Assembly: GCA_017444735.1 (NCBI GenBank)
Contig: JAFSWB010000075.1
Span: forward strand, 1-62,857
From: Clostridia bacterium
Lineage (GTDB): Bacteria > Bacillota > Clostridia > Oscillospirales > CAG-272
Length of the DNA stretch: 62,857 nucleotides
Reading direction: 5' to 3'
A program made the position numbers and the translations under genes. The notes beneath the pieces were generated by a model. It was given only the letters and a program-made list of their open reading frames with translations. It had not been told where the DNA came from and ran no database searches. Of the stretch, positions 41,771-49,700 are shown one piece after another. How positions within the stretch are numbered: the stretch's first letter is position 1; the number at the start of each line of letters is the position of its first letter.

Positions 41771-41844
41771 TGGGCCATCAGGGACTCGAACCCCGGACCG
41801 TCCGGTTATGAGCCGGATGCTCTAACCAACTGAGCTAATGGCCC
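41771..41844 (-). tRNA. tRNA with anticodon CAT (elongator Met or lysidine-modified Ile2; not an initiator)
   Basis: Cloverleaf drawn by hand: acceptor GGGCCAT/ATGGCCC, D-arm GCTC..GAGC, anticodon stem TCCGG/CCGGA with loop CTCATAA, T-arm CGGGG-TTCGAGT-CCCTG, discriminator A. No encoded CCA. The anticodon stem lacks the three G-C pairs of initiators. Confidence 0.9.
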
Positions 41845-41969
41845 TTGTTCTGCCGACCGATATATTTTATCACGGGGCGGTTTCGTTGTCAATACCTATT
41901 TTCCGGGGGGCGTCGTGAGCCGCTCCTGATCGGAGGGGTCCCCTTCCGGGGACCCCTCCGATCAGACGT

Positions 41970-42869
41970 TCATTCAAGCGGGAAATCGTAACAGTCGTTT
42001 TTTTTCTCCACGATACCGAAGAGCCGCCATCGCGCCGCAGTTTCGGGAGAGAGATCCGCCGGCTCCTTCAGAAAATGACTGACTCCGATCCTGAGGACGG
42101 GCCCGTTGTCCCGGAGATACTGTACGTCCGTTATCTCATACCCCGTTATCCCGTCGCCGTATCGGGCTTCCGACTGCTCGGCGATAAAGGCGCTGATATC
42201 CGCCGCGGAGATATCCGCGATCAGATCCGCGGCGTCAGAGTCCTCGCCGCCTCCTCCGAACACGCAAAGGTTGATCTCTCCGTCGATCATCACGGTCACG
42301 GCGCACGTCGGACCGTATACCGTAAAGTCTTTCGCTTTGTATTCGCGCGCGAGGATGACGTCCCAGTGATATTCGTCCTCCGAGATCGCCTTGATTTCAA
42401 AATCGCGTATGAAATCGCCGTATTCCTCCGCCGCCCGGTCGTACGCAAGATTTATCGCATCCGCGCGGGTCAGCCGTTTTTCGGGGTTTTTCACCGCCTC
42501 CTCAAAGTTTTCGGTCATCGTTATTTTATCCGGGGACGTGAAAATGCGCGAGGCGAACGCGAAGGTCGTGAGGACGACCGCGACGGCGGCGGCGATCAGT
42601 GCGGCGAGCGCGATTTTTCTCCGCCCGGCGGGGGCGCGTCGGAATTCGCCTTTTTTCGCGGCCTCTTCGATCAGCGACCGCTTTAACCCGTCGGGACCGC
42701 GGTACCTCGCGTCGATCGACCGCAAAAGGCTCCCGCATTTTTCGGCAAAACCGGCGCGGCGGTCTTCGGCGCTTTTCGAAAGCTCGCGGCTGACGGCTCC
42801 GACCAGAAGGGCGCGCTCCGCCCGTTTGACCTTTTCTTCAAATTCAACGGCAACAGATGATCGGTTCAT
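41970..42869 (-). CDS. anti-sigma factor-like single-pass membrane protein
   Basis: ATGA overlap with the ECF sigma stop. One TM helix (IALAALIAAAVAVVLTTFAF) and an extracytoplasmic domain. Confidence 0.65.
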   Translation of the reverse strand: MNRSSVAVEFEEKVKRAERALLVGAVSRELSKSAEDRRAGFAEKCGSLLRSIDARYRGPDGLKRSLIEEAAKKGEFRRAPAGRRKIALAALIAAAVAVVLTTFAFASRIFTSPDKITMTENFEEAVKNPEKRLTRADAINLAYDRAAEEYGDFIRDFEIKAISEDEYHWDVILAREYKAKDFTVYGPTCAVTVMIDGEINLCVFGGGGEDSDAADLIADISAADISAFIAEQSEARYGDGITGYEITDVQYLRDNGPVLRIGVSHFLKEPADLSPETAARWRLFGIVEKKNDCYDFPLE

Positions 42870-43408
42870 CGATATTCCTCCTTGCATTTCTCTTTGATCT
42901 TTCGGCGCATACGGAACAGCCTCATTCTGACGCCGTTATACGAAAGGCCGGACGCCTTCATTATTTCGGCGTAGGTCATTTTTTTGCCGTAATAACGGTC
43001 GAAGAGGATCTTTTCTTCGTCGGTAAGCGATTCGACGACGCGGCGTTTCGCTTCTTCGACGGCGGCTTCGTCGGGGATCGCGTCGTCAACGCATATTTCC
43101 CCCGCGCTGAAAACCGGGTCCTCCGGATCGTCGGGATATATGAGGTGATCCTTATCCCGTTTTTGCGCCCGGACGTATTCGTAAAACTTCCGGCGCGCGA
43201 CTCCGAAGAGCCACCTGCCGACGTTTTCCTTTTCGATCCCGTTCCATTTTTTTATCAGGCAGAGAAAGGTCTCCTGCGTTATCTCCTCGGCGGCGTCGTA
43301 AACGTGACCTGTCAGAAACAGCGAAAAGGACCAAACGGCGTCGTAGTACTCTTCGACGGCGGCTTCAAGCTCACGCTCGTTCGCCGCGCCTTTTTCTCTC
43401 GGTTTCAT
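42866..43408 (-). CDS. ECF-type RNA polymerase sigma-70 family factor
   Basis: 180 aa with region 2 and region 4 (MTYAEIMKASGLSYNGVRMRLFRMRRKI). Confidence 0.88.
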   Translation of the reverse strand: MKPREKGAANERELEAAVEEYYDAVWSFSLFLTGHVYDAAEEITQETFLCLIKKWNGIEKENVGRWLFGVARRKFYEYVRAQKRDKDHLIYPDDPEDPVFSAGEICVDDAIPDEAAVEEAKRRVVESLTDEEKILFDRYYGKKMTYAEIMKASGLSYNGVRMRLFRMRRKIKEKCKEEYR

Positions 43409-43579
43409 TTTTCCTCCGAACTTTATTTTGCGGTCTGCGCAGGGTAACTTCTGTTACCGTAAATAAATGACTGAAAAAACGCTCCGTTTCCCGCGTTTTT
43501 CGATATGTTACAAATTATTAACAATCAAGGCCCACCTTTTCGGGGTGAGCCTTGACGGGTTGAGGAATTATTGCGTTTT

Positions 43580-44272
43580 TTACTGATTCGCGATCGTGTC
43601 CATCGTTTCGCCCTCGCCGTGGATCGCTTCAAAGTCCTCCTTGAACGCGTCGACGGCGGAGTCGATACTCGGCAGGGACAGCGCCTTTTTGATGAGCGCG
43701 TAGCTCACCGTCGCGCTGTGCGCGCCGCTTGCGAACGCGGAGACGATCTCGGCGACGTTCTTGAACGAAGCGGCGAGGATCCTCGCGTCCGAACCGGACT
43801 CGTCGATGAAGGAGCGGATCTGCTCGATGACGCGGTCGGCGTCCGTACAGTTGTCCTCCATGCGGTTGTAGTAGATCGCGACGTATTTCGCCCCGGCGAG
43901 GACCGCGAGGATGCCCTGCATCGTCGTGTAGATGCCGGTCGCCGTCACGTTGACGCCCTCTTTCGCGAGCGCCTTGATCGCGGGAAGACCGTTTTCGCTG
44001 ACGGGGATCTTGATGTACGTGTCGTGACCGATGATCGAAGCGATCGTCTTCGCCTCTTTGATTATGTCCTCCGTCGACGACGAAACGACCTGAATGTGAA
44101 GACTTCTTCCGTTCGTGCAGAGACAGCGGATCATCTTGAGCCGCTCGTAAACGTCGATATTTCCCTCTTTTTTGAGTATGCTGGGGTTGGAGGTGACCCC
44201 GCTGACCGGCCACATCGAAAGACCGTATTCGAGTTCCTCGAGATTGGCTGTGTCGAGCATAAGCTCGTTCAT
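43580..44272 (-). CDS. transaldolase / fructose-6-phosphate aldolase family protein
   Basis: MLDTANLEE...GVTSNPSIL, and IKIP with the Schiff-base Lys. Start set to the ATG at 44272 (the ORF-track start is a TTG). Confidence 0.88.
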   Translation of the reverse strand: MNELMLDTANLEELEYGLSMWPVSGVTSNPSILKKEGNIDVYERLKMIRCLCTNGRSLHIQVVSSSTEDIIKEAKTIASIIGHDTYIKIPVSENGLPAIKALAKEGVNVTATGIYTTMQGILAVLAGAKYVAIYYNRMEDNCTDADRVIEQIRSFIDESGSDARILAASFKNVAEIVSAFASGAHSATVSYALIKKALSLPSIDSAVDAFKEDFEAIHGEGETMDTIANQ

Positions 44273-44394
44273 GATATCAACTCCCAAACGTTTTTTCGGG
44301 ACGCTCCGCCTCGCTTCGCGTCCCGATAATATTCTAACACACGCCGGAAACGGGGGTCAATGGAAAACATTCCGAAAAACGGGCGTTCTCCGGC

Positions 44395-45444
44395 TTATCC
44401 GTTGTTCACATTTGCGCCGCGCGGGCAAAGGCGGTTTTCGTACAGCTTCCCCGTCGTGAACCGGTTGTAGGACCGGCATCCGCCCGCGCAGACGGAGCCG
44501 AACTCGCATCCGGCGCAGCCGCCGGAGAGCATTTTTTCGTCGAAACCCCTGTTATAGGAAAAGGCGGCGGGATCGCACCAGATATCGATGAGAGAACGCT
44601 CCCTGACGTTTCCCTCGTTGAACTCCGCGTCGTACATCGACTCGCACCCGCGCACGTTCCCGACGCTGTCGATCCCGAGCGTCGTGAGTCCCGCCGAGCA
44701 CCCTCTGAAGACGGCGCCGGGGACCCCGCGGATCGAGCCCTCCTCGGGACCGTAGTAGCCGATATTGTCGGCGACGCCGACGAAAAAGCGGTCTTTTCCC
44801 GCGATCCCGGCGACGAACCGCATGACGGCGCCGGCGTCGAAGGTGACGTCGATCCGCTCGCCCGCGGCGTTTCCCATCGGGGAGCACGCCTGGAGCTGCC
44901 ACGCAAAGATCGGCAAATCGCGCAGGACGCGGTAGAATTCGGGAAGGCGGGGCGCGTTGTCGGCGCGGAGCGCGGTGATGACCGACGTCGGGACGTTCGC
45001 GTCCGTCAGCGCTTTTATCGTCCCGAGCGCCGCGTCGAAGCTGCCGGGCGCGCGGTATCTGTCGTGGACCGCGGCGACGCCGTCGACGGAGACGGCGACC
45101 GACTCGACGTTTACGCGCTTCAGCGCGTCGATCAGCGCGGGCGTCATTTTATATCCGTTCGTTATTATACAGGCCCGGACCCCGCGCGAGGTGAGAGCGG
45201 AAACGACCGCCTCCCAGTCCTCTCTCATGAAGACCTCGCCGCCGATCACGGAGACGCGGCGGCAGCTCATTTCCGCGAGCTGACGCGCGACGGAGACGCA
45301 TTCCTCCGTCGTGAGCTCGTTTTCCCTCGCCGCGCCGCCGCGCGACCCGCAGTAGGCGCACCGGAAACAGCAAGCGAGGGTGATCTCCCAGACGCAGGAG
45401 TTGAGCCGGAAGGGGAACGAGCGGTATCTTTCGGCGTCAGTCAT
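44395..45444 (-). CDS. radical SAM / SPASM-domain enzyme without an N-terminal RRE domain
   Basis: 349 aa. CCFRCAYC (CX3CX2C) at residues 24-31. C-terminal Cys-rich SPASM-like GCAGCEFGSVCAGGC. 8-nt overlap with the upstream gene. Confidence 0.88.
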   Translation of the reverse strand: MTDAERYRSFPFRLNSCVWEITLACCFRCAYCGSRGGAARENELTTEECVSVARQLAEMSCRRVSVIGGEVFMREDWEAVVSALTSRGVRACIITNGYKMTPALIDALKRVNVESVAVSVDGVAAVHDRYRAPGSFDAALGTIKALTDANVPTSVITALRADNAPRLPEFYRVLRDLPIFAWQLQACSPMGNAAGERIDVTFDAGAVMRFVAGIAGKDRFFVGVADNIGYYGPEEGSIRGVPGAVFRGCSAGLTTLGIDSVGNVRGCESMYDAEFNEGNVRERSLIDIWCDPAAFSYNRGFDEKMLSGGCAGCEFGSVCAGGCRSYNRFTTGKLYENRLCPRGANVNNG

Positions 45445-45850
45445 CGCGAGGGACGGGCGCGCCGCACTCGTGACAGAATTTCGCGTTTTCCGAAAGCGGC
45501 GTCCCGCACGACAGGCACAGGCAGTATTTTCCCGAATCCGGTCTCGGGCGCTCGGGTGCGGGCCTGCCGGTCTCTTCCGGCGCCGGCGCTCCGGCGGGCT
45601 CGCGCGTTACGCCCGAGAAATAGTCGGGACCGGCGTAAACGCACATCATCATTTCAGGCGGCGGCCCCATCATATCGGGCCCCGCGTAAACGCACTCCAT
45701 CGGTCCGGGCGCGTCGGGAAGATCGTTATCCTCCTCCGCGGGGTCGGTCGGCGGGACGTCGGGGTCGGGACCGGCGTATACGTCCTCGACGACGCTGTCG
45801 TCCTTCTCAAACATCCTTGACCACGGGTATTTTTTCTTATTCTTACTCAT
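45437..45850 (-). CDS. 137-aa Pro/Asp-rich protein with three VYAGPD repeats and a C-terminal zinc ribbon
   Basis: DVYAGPD, CVYAGPD, CVYAGPD at aa 23-29, 53-59 and 70-76. CLSCG...FCHECG zinc ribbon. 8-nt overlaps on both sides. Confidence 0.7.
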   Translation of the reverse strand: MSKNKKKYPWSRMFEKDDSVVEDVYAGPDPDVPPTDPAEEDNDLPDAPGPMECVYAGPDMMGPPPEMMMCVYAGPDYFSGVTREPAGAPAPEETGRPAPERPRPDSGKYCLCLSCGTPLSENAKFCHECGAPVPRDD

Positions 45851-46610
45851 CCTGTCCGTCCTTTCCGGCGAGATATTCGCCCGCCGCGTATCTTTCGAGA
45901 AACCGTCCGACGGAATCGAGCGCGCCCTCGCCGCCGTACGGCATATCGTTTGTGCTCGCTGTTTTATAATCGTCCCCGAAACGGTATTTGACCGTCGTGA
46001 CGGAGCCGTCGAGGCACGTCCTGTCCTCTTCCTCGTCCCAGCGGTCGAGCTCGAGCTCGAAGATCACGCGGAAGCATTTTTCGGACGTCTCCGGCGGGAC
46101 GTGGTATTCGGTCACGGTCTCCTCGCCGTCCGCGCCCCCGTTTATGATGAGGAGCTTCTGATATTCGCCCGTCGCGGTGTAAAGGGCGGCCTCGTGATAG
46201 CTGTCGCAGCCGTCCGTTCCGACCGTCGCCGTATAGTAGTCGATCAAAAGGACGTCGGGGACGATCTCCGGGCGGTAAACCGACGTGTTTTCCGCCGTGT
46301 AGTCGACTTTTACGTCGTGCGCGGGCATCGGAAACGTGAAGATAAAGCCGTCCCCGTCGGAGTAGTCGGGATCGAACGGCTCGCCGTCGACGAAAAAGGA
46401 ATAATCCGTGTCGGTAGCCGTCAGCGGGAAATAAAACGTGACGGTCTCGCCCTCGCGGTACGAGGCCTTCGCGCCCGAAAAGCCGCTTTCCTTGCCCGAG
46501 AAGTCGAGCTTGTATTCGGGGGGCGTCTCTTTTCCGCAGGAAAACAGCAAAAGCGCCGAGCAGAGAAGCAAAAAAAGCGCCGCCGCTCCCGTCAGCTTGC
46601 GAATCGTCAT
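45843..46610 (-). CDS. lipoprotein of unknown function
   Basis: Start at MTIRKL behind AGAGGTGA. Lipobox LLFSC. No recognisable catalytic motif. Confidence 0.7.
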   Translation of the reverse strand: MTIRKLTGAAALFLLLCSALLLFSCGKETPPEYKLDFSGKESGFSGAKASYREGETVTFYFPLTATDTDYSFFVDGEPFDPDYSDGDGFIFTFPMPAHDVKVDYTAENTSVYRPEIVPDVLLIDYYTATVGTDGCDSYHEAALYTATGEYQKLLIINGGADGEETVTEYHVPPETSEKCFRVIFELELDRWDEEEDRTCLDGSVTTVKYRFGDDYKTASTNDMPYGGEGALDSVGRFLERYAAGEYLAGKDGQDE

Positions 46611-46633
46611 CCGATCACCTCTTTTCAACTTCA

Positions 46634-46662
46634 AATATACCATCCCCCGCCCGTGTTGTCAA
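46634..46662 (-). promoter_or_regulatory. promoter of the lipoprotein / VYAGPD / radical SAM operon
   Basis: Minus strand: TTGACA (46657-46662), 17-nt spacer, TATATT (46634-46639). Confidence 0.6.
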
Positions 46663-46750
46663 CCCTTTGGTTCGGCGCGCCGGAGTCCGAAAAAGCGCCC
46701 TTTCACCGGCCGTCACTCGGAACAGTCGTCGAAAGAGCGTTTTTCTTTTG

Positions 46751-49700
46751 TCAATATTCGGTCACTCCGTCGAAGACGAGCTTCGTGTCGCCGGAGAGGG
46801 TGATCCCGTCGTCCCGGTAGTTGACGATGAGGTCGCCGCCCGTCACCTTGACGGTGACGTCCTCGCCCTTCGGGCAGAGGCCGTTTTCGACCGCCGCCGC
46901 GACGGCGGCGCACGCGCCGGTGCCGCAGGCGAACGTCTCGCCGTTGCCGCGCTCCCACACTCTCATCCGGAGGGTGGTGGGATCGACGACGCGGACGAAC
47001 TCCGTGTTGACGCGCTCCGGGAAGATCGGCGCGTTTTCGAACTTCGGTCCGATCGCGTCGAGGTCAAGATCGTCGACTCTTCCGCAGAAGACGACGCAGT
47101 GCGGATTGCCGACGGAGACGCAGGTGATCCTGTACTCGCCTCCCGCGAGCTTCACGGGCCGGTCGACGACCCTGTCGCCGCCGAGCGTACACGGGACCTT
47201 TTCGGGCTCGAATTCCGCCCTTCCCATTTCGACGCCCGCCATGGTGACCTTCCCGTCGGACGTGTAGACGGAGACGGAGCGGACGCCCGCGGCGGTCTCG
47301 ACGTTGACGACGTCGCGGCGGGCGATCCCGCGGTCGTAGACGTATTTCGCCACGGACCGGATGCCGGTCCCGGCGATGAAGCCCTCGCTCCCGTCGCGGT
47401 TGAATAGGCGCATGAAGATATCCGCGCCCTCGCTCCTCGGCTCCTCGATGAGCGCGATCCCGTACCCGCCGACGCCGTAGTGACGGTCGCAGAGCTTTAT
47501 GCAGAGCGATTCGGGACACGTTATCGTCCCGTCGCGGTTGTCGATCACGATATAGTCGGCTCCGGTCGCCTCCATCTTCGCGAACGAGAGCTTCATCCTT
47601 TCGCTTCTCATCGTGTTGATGTCGACGAGCTCGGTGTTGTACTCGGCGTACCTGCTCGCGATGATGTCGGCGAGCGCCTCCGCCGTGTCGAGCGACGTGA
47701 AGCACGGGACGGACGATCTGATCGCGGCGCGGTGGACGATGTCGAACGCCTTCACGTCGTCCGCGTCCTCGAGCGAGGAGAAGACGACGTAGTTTACCGT
47801 TCCCTCCTTCAGGAGAGACGGGAGAACGCCGTCCGCGCACGTGACGTCGACCGTCCTGACGTCGATCCCGAGCCGTCCGATCATCGCCGCCGTCGCCTCG
47901 GACGCCCAGACGGTGAATCTGAGATCGTGGAGCTTTTTGGCAAGGTCGATCAGCTCGTGAACGTCCTTTTCATCCGCGTGGAGGAAGATCCCGACGCCCT
48001 CGCGGCGAAGCGAGGACGGAACGAGCATCCCGGCGGAGCGCATTCCCTTGAAGAGCGCCTCGTTGAGATCCTTGCCGATGCCGAGGACCTCGCCCGTCGA
48101 CTTCATCTCGGGGCCGAGCCCGGAGAACGCCTCGGGGAGCTTTTCAAACGAGAACACGGGGACCTTGACGGCGAAGTACGGGGGCGTTTTGTAAAGACCC
48201 GTCCCGTATCCCATCGAGGCGAGCTTCTCCCCGACCATCACGCGGGTCGCGAGCTCGATCATCGGGACGCCGGTCACCTTGCTGATATACGGCACGGTGC
48301 GCGACGCGCGGGGATTGACCTCGATGACGTACGGCTCGCCGCGCCAGATAAGGAGCTGGACGTTGACGAGTCCGCGCGTGCCGAGCGCGAGGGAGCGCGC
48401 GGTCGCCTGCTCCGTCACGACGGCGGTCATTTTGTCGTTCAGCTTGAACGCCGGGATCACGGCGATCGAGTCGCCGCTGTGGACGCCCGCGCGTTCGACG
48501 TGCTCCATGATCCCGGGTATCAGGACGTCCTCGCCGTCGGAGATGACGTCGAGCTCGAGCTCGATCCCGTTCATGTATTTGTCGACGAGGACGGGGCTTT
48601 CGATCCCCGCCTCGAGGATAGGAGCCATATATTCCCTGACCTCGCGGTCGGAATAGACGATCCGCATATTCTGTCCGCCGATGACGTACGACGGACGGAG
48701 CAGGACCGGGTAACCGAGCTCCCGCGCCGCGGCGAGCGCCTCTTCCGTTCCCGTGACGCCCATCCCGCGCGGGCGCTTGATCCCGAGCGAGCCGAGAAGG
48801 GCGTCGAAACGCTCCCTGTCTTCCGCCGTGTCGATCCCCTCGGCGGACGTGCCGAGGATCTTCACGCCGCGGGAGTCGAGATATTTAGTCAGCTTTATCG
48901 CCGTCTGTCCGCCGAACGCCACGACGACGCCGATCGGCTCCTCGACCGCGACGACGTTCATCACGTCCTCCGGGGTCAGGGGCTCAAAGTAGAGGCGGTC
49001 GGCGGTGTCGTAATCGGTCGAGACCGTCTCGGGGTTGTTGTTGATTATCACGACGTCGTAACCGAGGCGGCGGAGCGTCCCGGCGCAGTGGACGGAGGAA
49101 TAATCGAATTCGATCCCCTGTCCGATCCGGATCGGCCCGGAGCCGAGGACGACGACGCACTTTCCGGGGCGGCGCGGAGCGAGCCGCGCCTCGCACTCGT
49201 CGTCGTACGACGAGTAGAAGTAGGGCGTCTCGGCGTCGAACTCGCCGCCGCAGGTGTCGACGATCTTGTAGACCGCCTCGCGGTGGTACGGTATCGGGTT
49301 CCCGGAGATCCGGTCGAGCGCGGCGTCCGGGAAGCCGAGCTTCTTGCCTTCAAGATACGTTTCGCCGTCGAGCTTTTTGCCCGCGATCCTGTTCTCAAAT
49401 TCGGAAAGGCGCGCGATCTCGGATATGAAGAAGCGGTCGATTTTCGTGACGTCGGCGATCTTCTCCTCCGGAACGCCGGCGCGGAGCGCGGCGAACACGG
49501 CGAAAAGACGTCTGTCGTCGCATTGCGAGACGGCGGCGAGAAGCTCCCCGGCGCTCTTTCCTTCAAAGGCGCGCATATCGAGCGTGTCGACGCCGATCTC
49601 CGCGCCGCGGACCGCCTTCATCAGCGCCGCGGGGAACGACGGAGCGATCGCCATGACCTCTCCGGTCGCCTTCATCTGCGTCCCGAGCGTGCGGGACGAG

